A stretch of 62,837 nucleotides of DNA from Dendrobates tinctorius (Eukaryota): positions 3,782,001 through 3,844,837 of the forward strand of contig NW_027361964.1 of the NCBI RefSeq assembly GCF_039654945.1, written 5' to 3'. A program made the position numbers and the translations under genes. Under the pieces are notes generated by a model, which saw only the letters and a program-made list of their open reading frames with translations, was not told where the DNA came from and did no database searches. Of this stretch, positions 1-9,427 are shown one piece after another (the first letter of the stretch is position 1; each line of letters starts with the position of its first letter).

Positions 1-87
1 TCGGAGAGAGTTGTAGAACTGTCCCGTGGAGCTGTCCACCCGCCGGCAGTAGACCCCCGCTGAGAAGTATCCGTCCTCCACCCATTC
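1..87 (-). CDS. CD2BP2: CD2BP2 last coding exon (GYF domain C-terminal half), truncated by window edge
   Basis: Acceptor AG at 89-88; translates [29 protein letters not shown], matching human [29 protein letters not shown]. Confidence 0.95.
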
Positions 88-155
88 CTGGAACAGGAGT
101 CCAAGCATGACACTCGGCTAAGCTCCACCCTGCACACACATGGTCGGCTGCTTAC

Positions 156-250
156 CTGCATCTGGGCGCTGGTGAACGGGCCGTACAGCTCAGCGGCCGC
201 CTCATTCTCCCATTTATACTCCCACAGAACCTCGTCCGCCGCTGGCACAG
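156..250 (-). CDS. CD2BP2: CD2BP2 coding exon 5 (GYF domain start)
   Basis: AG acceptor 252-251, GTAAG donor at 155; [31 protein letters not shown] matches human [23 protein letters not shown]; phase consistent. Confidence 0.95.
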
Positions 251-318
251 CTACAGAGAGAGCAGTGGGTCAGAGCCGGTCGCCCCCCGCACTACGCCCC
301 TTACCCTGACATCATTAC

Positions 319-853
319 CTTCCTTGGTCACCAGCGTCTTCTCCTCCACCTCATCTGCGAACATGTCCAGGGCCGGTGTGGGCGGCGACTCCATGGTGCG
401 CAGTCTGAACGCCAGCTTCTCGTACGAGTCCTGATAGACCTCGTACACACCGAGCGCCACCATCTGATCAGCCAGGGAGATGAGATGATCCAGAGGCTTG
501 TCCTCCTGCTGCGTGTCTGTGCTGCTCGGCTCCTCCGCGCCCGGCTCTGCAGTGGCAACAGCTCCTACGTCTGTCCTGTCCTCCGCGCTGCGCTCCTTGG
601 GATTGGACGGATCTGGCATGGCCGGGCTCTGCCGCACTCTGCTTTGTTTGACCCTTTGCATCACCGATCTCTTCCGGGGTCCGCTCCCGCCCAGACGCTG
701 GATGCCTTTGGCCACAGTTTCCCCCGGCTGTAACACCTTCAGCATCTCCTCCAGGATGTTCCTCATCTCCATTGGAGCACGGCCTTCATCAGAGTCTGAC
801 TCCTGATCTGCCCCAGAGGAGGGTGGCGGGGCCTCCCGCTCCTTAATACGAAC
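319..853 (-). CDS. CD2BP2: CD2BP2 coding exon 4
   Basis: VRIKERE...LQPGETVAKGIQRLG...LISLADQMVALGVYEVYQDSYEKLAFRL...LDMFADE; AG at 855-854, GTAAT donor at 318; 535 nt keeps frame into next exon. Confidence 0.93.
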
Positions 854-906
854 CTGCGGAACAGAAGGTCATCAGAAGATGGCGGTCAGCGGGGAGGAGA
901 GGGAGG

Positions 907-1770
907 CGGGAGCAGAGGAAGGGAGGAGGCGCGCCAAACGCCTGGAGCCGAGGAAGGGAGGAGGCGCGCCAAACGCCTGGAGCCGAGGAAGGGAGGAGGC
1001 GCGCCAAACGCCTGGAGCCGAGGAAGGGAGGAGACGCGCCAAACGCCTGGAGCCGAGGAAGGGAGGAGACGCGCCAAACGCCTGGAGCCGAGGAAGGGAG
1101 GAGACGCGCCAAACGCCTGGAGCCGAGGAAGGGAGGAGACGCGCCAAACGCCTGGAGCCGAGGAAGGGAGGAGACGCGCCAAACGCCTGGAGCCGAGGAA
1201 GGGAGGAGACGCGCCAAACGCCTGGAGCCGAGGAAGGGAGGAGACGCGCCAAACGCCTGGAGCCGAGGAAGGGAGGAGACGCGCCAAACGCCTGGAGCCG
1301 AGGAAGGGAGGAGACGCGCCAAACGCCTGGAGCCGAGGAAGGGAAGAGACGCGCCAAACGCCTGGAGCCGAGGAAGGGAAGAGACGCGCCAAACGCCTGG
1401 AGCCGAGGAAGGGAAGAGACGCGCCAAACGCCTGGAGCCGAGGAAGGGAAGAGACGCGCCAAACGCCTGGAGCCGAGGAAAGGAAGAGACGCGCCAAACG
1501 CCTGGAGCCGAGGAAGGGAAGAGACGCGCCAAACGCCTGGAGCCGAGGGAGGGGGATGCGCCAAACACCTGGAGCCGAGGAGGGGGATGCGCCAAACACC
1601 TGGAGCCGAGGAGGGGGACGCGCCAAACACCTGGAGCCGAGGAAGGGAGGAGACGCGCCAAACACCTGGAGCCGAGGAAGGGAGGAGACGCGCCAAACAC
1701 CTGGAGCCGAGGAAGGGAAGAGACGCGCCAAACACCTGGAGCCGAAGATGGGGAGGGGACGTGCCAAACA
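907..1770. repeat. 35-bp minisatellite (GAGCCGAGGAAGGGAGGAGACGCGCCAAACGCCTG), about 24 copies, filling a CD2BP2 intron
   Basis: Direct tandem periodicity. Confidence 0.95.
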
Positions 1771-1790
1771 GTGGGGGTGAGATTTCTTAC

Positions 1791-1948
1791 CCAATCAATG
1801 TTCTCCAGCCAGTGGTCTCGGATTTGAGCTTCCTTCTTTAAGAAATAGTTTCCCTCAGAGTCAAAATGTCCTTCCTCCATCTCTTCATTCAGATTGAAGG
1901 GTGTGATCTGCACTCCGCCCTCAGACTCCAGGGTGGCGCTCTCCTGCC
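1791..1948 (-). CDS. CD2BP2: CD2BP2 coding exon 3
   Basis: GQESATLESEGGVQITPFNLNEEMEEGHFDSEGNYFLKKEAQIRDHWLENIDW, near-identical to human; canonical AG/GT. Confidence 0.96.
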
Positions 1949-2030
1949 CTGTATGATGACAGCATAAGTCACAGGAAAAGGTGGTGCCGACATGGCGCAC
2001 TCACGGGAGACGGCAGCAGTCGGCACTCAC

Positions 2031-2169
2031 CTTCCACGTCCTCGGGGGCCAGCATGTTATACTTGGAGTCAGCTCCAGACTCGTCGTCTCCATCATCATC
2101 CTCCTCATCGCTGTCCAGAGAATGCTTCCCCTTAAAGCGGCTGCCAGGACCCCCGACCGCCTCTGGAAA
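2031..2169 (-). CDS. CD2BP2: CD2BP2 coding exon 2
   Basis: FPEAVGGPGSRFKGKHSLDSDEEDDDGDDESGADSKYNMLAPEDVEG; human GGPGSRFKGKHSLDSDEE; canonical AG/GTGAG. Confidence 0.96.
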
Positions 2170-2244
2170 CTGACAGAAACTACCTCAAATCAGTAATGGC
2201 AGAAAAGTTCTAAGACACCCCCCCCCCACCACCAATGGGATGCC

Positions 2245-3432
2245 CTATACATATGATGGCACGCTCCGGCCCCCTCCCCTATATATACATATGATGGCAC
2301 GCTCCGGCCCCCCCATATACATATGATGGCACGCTCCGCCCCCCCCCCCTATATATACATATGATGGCACGCTCCGGCCCCCCCTATATATACATATGAT
2401 GGCACGCTCCGGCCCCCCCTATATATACATATGATGGCACGCTCCGGCCCCCCCCCCCCCTATATACACACATATGATGATGGCACGCTCTGGACCCCCC
2501 TATATACACACATATGATGATGGCACGCTCTGGACCCCCCTATATACACACATATGATGATGGCACGCTCTGGCCCCCCCTATATACACACATATGATGA
2601 TGGCACGCTCTGGACCCCCCTATATACACACATATGATGATGGCACGCTCTGGACCCCCCTATATACACACATATGATGATGGCACGCTCCGGCCCCCCC
2701 CCCCCTTATATGCATATGATGGCACGCTCCGGCCCCCCTATATACACATGATGGCACGCTCCAGCCCCCCCCCATATACATATGATGGCACGCTCCGGCC
2801 CCCCCCCATATACATATGATGGCACGCTCCGGCCCCCCCCCCTATATACATATGATGGCACGCTCCGGCCCCCCCCCCTATATACATATGATGGCACGCT
2901 CCGGCCCCCCCCCCTATATACATATGATGGCACGCTCCGGCCCCCCCCCCTATATACATATGATGGCACGCTCCGGCCCCCCCCCTATATACATATGATG
3001 GCACGCTCCGGCCCCCCCCCCTATATACATATGATGGCACGCTCCGGCCCCCCCCCCCTATATACACATGATGGCACGCTCCGGCCCCCCCCCCCCCTAT
3101 ATACACATGATGGCACGCTCCGGCCCCCCCCCCCCCCTATATACACATGATGGCACGCTCCGGCCCCCCCCCCCCCCCCCCCCTATATACACATGATGGC
3201 ACGCTCCGGCCCCCCCCCCCCCCCCCCCTATATACACATGATGGCACGCTCCGGCCCCCCCCCCCCCCCCCCTATATACACATGATGGCACGCTCCGGCC
3301 CCCCCTATATACACATGATGGCACGCTCCGGCCCCCCTATATACACATGATGGCACGCTCCGGCCCCCCCTATATACACATGATGGCACGCTCCGGCCCC
3401 CCCTATATACACATGATGGCACGCTCCGGCCC
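2245..3432. repeat. Minisatellite TATATACAYATGATGGCACGCTCCGG(C)n with variable poly-C run, CD2BP2 intron
   Basis: Tandem units about 37-55 bp; C-run length varies from about 6 to about 20. Confidence 0.95.
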
Positions 3433-3440
3433 CTCCTCAC

Positions 3441-3503
3441 CCGTCTCTTGCTTTTCTCCTCGTCCTCGGGGACATCATCAAACGTCACTTTCCTCTTTGA
3501 CAT
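3441..3503 (-). CDS. CD2BP2: CD2BP2 coding exon 1 (start codon)
   Basis: MSKRKVTFDDVPEDEEKSKRR (human MPKRKVTF; KVTF is an RVxF-type PP1 motif); GTGAG donor at 3440, phase 0. Confidence 0.92.
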
Positions 3504-3538
3504 CGTGGGAGGAGTCGCGGACGGGTCACAGCAGCCAC

Positions 3539-3983
3539 CAGCTCCGGGGCCGCGCTCTCCTCCTCACAGCTCCGGGGCCGCGCTCTCCTCCTCACAGCTC
3601 CGGGGCCGCGCTCTCCTCCTCGCAGCTCCGGGGCCGCGCTCTCCTCCTCGCAGCTCCGGGGCCGCGCTCTCCTCCTCGCAGCTCCGGGGCCGCGCTCTCC
3701 TCCTCGCAGCTCCGGGGCCGCGCTCTCCTCCTCGCAGCTCCGGGGCCGCGCTCTCCTCCTCGCAGCTCCGGGGCCGCGCTCTCCTCCTCACAGCTCCGGG
3801 GCCGCGCTCTCCTCCTCACAGCTCCGGGGCCGCGCTCTCCTCCTCACAGCTCCGGGGCCGCGCTCTCCTCCTCACAGCTCCGGGGCCGCGCTCTCCTCCT
3901 CACAGCTCCGGGGCCGCGCTCTCCTCCTCACAGCTCCGGGGCCGCGCTCTCCTCCTCACAGCTCCGGGGCCGCGCTCTCCTCA
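3539..3983. repeat. 28-bp GC-rich minisatellite (CAGCTCCGGGGCCGCGCTCTCCTCCTCA), about 16 copies, between CD2BP2 promoter and ATG
   Basis: Direct tandem periodicity. Confidence 0.95.
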
Positions 3984-3984
3984 C

Positions 3985-4180
3985 CTCACGGACGCGCAGG
4001 AAATACGTCACTGAACGGCGCCATCGTATCCGGGTCACATGACAGAAGGCACGCCACGCCCCTATATCGCAAGCTCGAGGCTGAGTCACAAGCCCCGCCT
4101 ACTTTGTAAATTCGCCCTCCCAGACTCTCGTCTCTATTACTCCGCCCACTGGTGACGTCGCTCCGCCCCCGACTGCATGG
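3985..4180 (-). promoter_or_regulatory. CD2BP2 CpG-rich promoter / probable non-coding first exon
   Basis: CRE-like TACGTCA (~4004) and TGACGTC (~4153), E-box GTCACATGAC (~4034), several CCGCCC GC boxes, TGAGTCA AP-1 site (~4082); GTGAG donor at 3984 on minus. Confidence 0.6.
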
Positions 4181-4234
4181 AAATGTGATAAATTTCGTTA
4201 CAGACCGAAAAAATGCAGATTCTGGTCATGTGAT

Positions 4235-6017
4235 GGCCGATGACCGGTGCCTGTCCCTGGGCCGTAGCTGACGACTGTTGCCTGGGCCGCGGCCGATGAC
4301 TGGTGCCTTGTTATGAATGAGTCACCGTAGGAGACAAAAACAGAAATGCTAGCTAAGTCCAGAAAACCAGAGAAGTTGGCAGCTATCGGATTGCAGACCC
4401 CTGAACCTATCAACACAACTAGCAGTAGCCGTGGGGGGTTCCTACGGTGCCCTAGACCCCTCGATCACAGCCGGAGAACTACATAGCCTAAAGACAGAAA
4501 GGGAAATCTAAACTGCCCCAGAGCAGACCCCAAAGCAATAGGCAGCCCCCAACATATAATGACGGTGAAGCAAGACGAAAACACACAGATAGAAAGATAG
4601 GCTGAGCAAATGATGGGGCCCAAGCTAACTAGGTAGGACAGGATAGAAAAGCTGCTGTCTGCAATCCGCCAAAACCCTATCAAAACAAGAGCCAACAGCT
4701 GATAGGGAAAAAAGCCCTGAAGATGCTAGGCTTCAAAAAGACTATATCAGTACTCAGGTATTTTCTGAAGACAGAGCAAAAAGGAATTCAGCTCACCCAG
4801 CAGGGAATGGCAGAAATCCAGAAAAACAAGGCAAAACAAAACCAAAACACAAATGCAAAAAGCAGAGCAGAAAACTTAGCTTTTGAGGAGCAGGAATCAG
4901 ACTGGTCTCCTAGAATCCCTCAGAGAGATCACCAGCAAGGCAGAAGGGCGTCGGCTGCCTTATATCCAGTCAGCAATTCCAGTCACCCAGTCATCATCAT
5001 CCTGCACAGGTGCTTGGTAATCAGCCTCACTACCTTCCTTCACCAGAAGAGGGAGTTCATCAGACCTCAGTGGTGAAGGGGAAAATGAACTCACAACAGT
5101 GCCTGTTCCTGGGCCGCGGCCGATGACTGGTGCCTGTTCCTGGGCCGCGGCCGATGACTGGTGCCTGTTCCTGGGCCGCGGCCGATGACTGGTGCCTGTC
5201 CCTGGGCCGCGGCCGATGACTGGTGCCTGTTCCTGGGCCGCGGCCGATGACTGGTGCCTGTCCCTGGGCCGCGGCCGATGACTGGAGCCTGTTCCTGGGC
5301 CGCGGCCGATGACTGGTGCCTGTTCCTGGGCCGCGGCCGATGACTGGTGCCTGTTCCTGGGCCGCGGCCGATGACTGGTGCCTGTTCCTGGGCCACGGCT
5401 GATGACCGATGCCTGTTCCTGGGCGCGGCCGATGACTGGTGCCTGTTCCTGGGCCACGGCTGATGACCGATGCCTGTTCCTGGGCGCGGCCGGCGACTGG
5501 TGCCTGTTCCTGGGCCGCGGCCGATGACCGGTGCCTGGGCCGCGGCCGATGACTGGTGCCTGTTCCTGGGCCACGGCCAATGACTGGTGCCTGTTCCTGG
5601 GCCGCAGCTGACGACTGATGCCTGTCCCTGGGCCGCGGCCGATGACCGGTGCCTGTTCCTGGACGCGGCTGACGACTGGTGCCTGGGCCTCGGCCGGCGA
5701 CTGGTGCCTGTTCCTGGGCCGCGGCTGACGACTGGTGCCTGGGCTGCGGCCGACGACTGGTGCCTGTTCCTGGGCCGCGGCTGATGACTGGTGCCTGGGC
5801 TGCGGCCGACGACTGGTGCCTGTTCCTGGGCCGCGGCTGACAACTGGTGCCTGGGCCGCGGCTGACGACTGGTGCCTGTTCCTGGGCCGCGGTTGATGAC
5901 TGGTGCCGGTGCCTGGGCCGCGGTGACGACTGGTGCCTGTTCCTGGGCCGCGGTCGATGACTGGTGCCTGTTCCTGGGCCGCGGCTGACGACTGATGCCT
6001 GTTCCTGGGCCGCGGCA
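4235..6017. repeat. 31-bp minisatellite (TGACTGGTGCCTGTTCCTGGGCCGCGGCCGA); 2-3 units at 4235-4308, main array 5099-6017, split by the solo LTR
   Basis: Same unit on both sides of the LTR. Confidence 0.9.
4309..5098. mobile_element. Solo LTR (~790 bp) of an LTR retrotransposon
   Basis: Starts TGTTATGA, ends TCACAACA (TG...CA, short inverted termini); flanked by duplicated GTGCCT (4303-4308, 5099-5104); interrupts the 31-bp array. Confidence 0.8.
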
Positions 6018-6399
6018 TCTTAGGTTATGTTTACACTTGCCGGATTACATCAGGATTTGCTGCGGATTGAACGCGGCGTCTCCACTCTGCGTCCTAATAC
6101 ACGGGTCACACCCATGAATCCGGACATGTGGCCCGTCCTTTTAACGCAGCATGTCTGTTAACGTGGAGGAGACGCTCAGCCTACTCTATGTATACGATGC
6201 CGTGATTCCGGAGGAATTCATTGAGCACATCCGGAATCACCGTGCGTACAACAGGGGGCGGGGTTTCCGCTCCGTCCAAAGTGCAAGGAATGCGCTACGT
6301 GGAAACACGCTTTCCGTTATTCTGCATCTACGGTGTCCAGAAATGTGTTCTCTGTCCGGGGTCACAGTGCCCTGAGACCATGCAAGGCCAAGCTGGTGA

Positions 6400-7530
6400 A
6401 TCTCTCCGACCCCCCCCAAACTTGCATGGCATCAACCCCCGCACAGCATGAGGCTCCGACCCAACGCCCCCTGCACAACGTGAGGGTCCAACCCCCTGCA
6501 CAACATTGGCCCTGACCCCTGCATGATGTGAGGCTTCGACCCTGACTCCCGCACGATATAAGTCGTCAACCCCCGCATGACTTTGGCCCTGACCCCAGCA
6601 TGATGTCAACCCAGACCTCCGTACGACGTCAACCCTGGCCCCCACACAATGTGAGGCTCCAACCCCCCGCTCAACATCAGCCCTGATCCCTTCATGACGT
6701 TTACCCCCACAGGATGTGAGGCTCCAACCCCTGCACGACATCTGCCCCGAGCCCCCCACGACGTCTGCCCAAACTCCCGCAAGACGTAGGCCCTGACTCC
6801 CCCGCACGATGTCTGCCCCAACCACCCACACCGCACGATATTGGCACATACCCCACACAACCCCAACCCCCACTCAATGTCTATCTCGACCCCTCCACGA
6901 TGTCGACCTCGACCCCCCCCCACACAACGTCGGCCCTGACCCCGTCCATGACAATGGCCCCTACCCCTCCACAACATGGACCCCACCCCCCACACGACAT
7001 CTGCCCCAACCGCCAACCTCGCATGATGTTGACCACGACCCCTCCACAACATCTGCCCCGACCCCTCTACAACGTCTGCCCCACCCCCCACATGACGTCT
7101 GCCCCAACCGCCAACCTCGCATGATGTTAACCATGACCCCGACCCCTCCACAACATCTGCCCCAAACCCTCCACAATGGCTGCCCTGACCCCTCCACGAC
7201 ATCTGCCCTGACCCCCGCACATCATCTCTCACCCCTCCACGATGTCAGCCCCAACCCCTCCATGAGGTTAGCCCCTACCGCTCCATCACATCAGCCCCAA
7301 CCCCCACACGACGTTGGCCCCGAGCCCCTACACGACATCTGCCCCAACCCCTCCACAACGTCGGCCCCGACGGCTCAAGGACATCGATCCCAACCCATCT
7401 ACGACGTCTGCCCCGACCCCCCTCACGACGTCGACTCAACCCACTCATGACTTCGACCCCGACCCCCGCACGACATTGGCCCTACCGCCCACGCAACATA
7501 GATCCTGCATGAAATCAGCCCCCAACCCCG
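6400..7530. repeat. Degenerate C-rich tandem repeat (~25 bp, ACGACGTCTGCCCCGACCCC-like); resumes at ~8390-8760
   Basis: Loose periodicity of CACGACRTCNGCCCCNACCCC motifs. Confidence 0.7.
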
Positions 7531-7740
7531 GCTAGCAGACCGAGCACCTGCTGATCCTTGTGTCTCCACATTATGGTGGCAGCAGTGGGATATTACTCAA
7601 CCTGGGGGAGCTTCAGGCGACTAGTTCTATCTGACACCGTCCAGGGCTCCACAACCAGGGAGGCATACTGACAGACCCAGCAGGTTTCAGATGCAACTAT
7701 GTCCAATCCCACCAACTCGGCCTTGGGAAGAAGACCAGAG

Positions 7741-7990
7741 TGGATGTATAGCGTCAACAATAAGCAGAAACTCCAGGACCTTTGCCAGCTTCAACGGATT
7801 GAATGGGATTTAATCCCGGAACTATGGGATGCGGCGGAAGCCATGTGTGGACACAATGGATACGAGTCGTTTCTTGTCAAGTACGTGTAGAGTTTATTCG
7901 CAAGGAGGACATGGAATATGCGCTGAGAAAACTGGATTACACAAAGCTTTGTTGTCATGAAGGTGAGACCTCTTACATTTGTGACTGTAC
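7741..7990 (+). pseudogene. Processed SRSF9-like (SR splicing factor) retrocopy fragment, frameshifted and internally deleted
   Basis: [12 protein letters not shown] (cf. DAEDAIYGRNGY, RRM1), then [33 protein letters not shown] (cf. SRSF9 [31 protein letters not shown]); contiguous across the HE|GET exon junction of the parent family. Confidence 0.8.
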
Positions 7991-8036
7991 TTAGACATGT
8001 TGTGGACTGCTCTCCATAAGTGCAGAAGGATGATTG

Positions 8037-8388
8037 GAATCATAGAATGGTAGAGTTGGAAGGGACCTCCTGGGCCATCTGGTCCAACCCCCTGCTCAAA
8101 GCAGGATTCGCTAAATCATCCCAGTTAGATGTCTGTCCAGCCTCTGTTTGAAGACTTCCATTGAAGGAGAACTCACCACTTCTCGTGGCAGCTTGTTCCA
8201 CTCATTGATCACCCTCACTGTCACCCATCTAATATCTAATCTGTGTCTCCTCCCATTCAGTTTCATCCCATTGCTTCTAGTCTTTCCTTGTGCAAATGAG
8301 AATAAAGTTGATCCTTCTACAATGTGACAGCCATTTAGATATTTGTAGACAGCTATTAAGTCTCCTCTTAGTCTTCTCTTTTGCAAGC
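8037..8388 (-). mobile_element. CR1 LINE 3' end (ORF2 C-terminus and tail), 5'-truncated
   Basis: LQKRRLRGDLIAVYKYLNG...KTRSNGMKL...VRVINEWNKLPREVVSSPSMEVFKQRLDRHL; 3' tail CCATTCTATGATTC typical of CR1. Confidence 0.92.
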
Positions 8389-9427
8389 AAAACATTGGCC
8401 CCCTTCCACCCACATGACATTGGCACCTGACCCTCTGCCAAGTTAGACCCAAACCCCCAAACGACATCGCTCCCCTGCACGCCCACATAACGTCGGCCCC
8501 CAAACCCACATACGATGTTGGCTCCTGTCCCACTGCACGACGTTGTCCCCAGTTTTTTACCCTCAAACATCAGCCTAGTCCCCCCAGATGACGACTCCTA
8601 TCCCCCTGCGACGTCAGCCCCATTCCCTTACACACAACGCCAGCCCCATCACTTCCCCCCCGTGATGTCACCCCCAGCACAACATCGTTCCCCCGTAACG
8701 TCAGCCCCGTCCTCTCCCACACACAACATTGTCCCCCTGCTATGCCCACACCTGCCCCCTATCAGAGCTCTGCTGGGTCTTTAAGGACCCGACTTTGCAC
8801 AGTTCAGCTCTTCCTCAGGTGCCAGGAGACTGCACTCTCTGAAGAGGTCAGGGAGGGAGACAGCAGGTACAAAAAGAGAGTGCTCAGCAGACACTCCCAC
8901 CTGTCAGTGCAGGTGAGAAATTTATACTCCCCACCCCCAGATGGACTCCATGTGACAGCTGCAATGAGGAAGTGACATACCACACAAGGAACAGCAGGAA
9001 GAGACAGCCGGAGAGAGATCAGCCCACAACAAAAGTGACAGCAAGAGAGAGAGTAGACAGAGGTGAGTCTGCTGGAGAAAGACAGCCGGAGAGAGCAGAC
9101 ACAGGTGAGGCAGCCGGAGAGAGCAGACACAGGTGTGGCAGCCGGAGAGAGCAGACAGTTGAGACAGCTGGAGAGAGTGCAAACACAGTTGAAACTTCCG
9201 TACAAGAGGCAGCCAGTGAGAGAGCAGCCCCAACAAAAGTGACAGCCTGAGAGAGATCAGATACAGGTGAGACTGCTGTACAACAGACAGCCGGCAAGAG
9301 ATCAGACACAATAAACACAAACCCTAGAAATGGTAGGTTCTTGTCAGCGCTGTGGATGGGCAGAAAGTGACAGCCGGACCCGAAAGATCAGACACAGCTG
9401 TATAATGCTGCTCCCTATAGAGTGATG

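Noticed and set aside
843-6018. Numerous repetitive ORFs in CD2BP2 introns and upstream
   Set aside because: Minisatellite translations; the true CD2BP2 exons are defined by splice sites and homology
6020-6330. Possible Harbinger MITE (TTA-GGTTATGTTTACAC start)
   Set aside because: No convincing matching right TIR or TSD found
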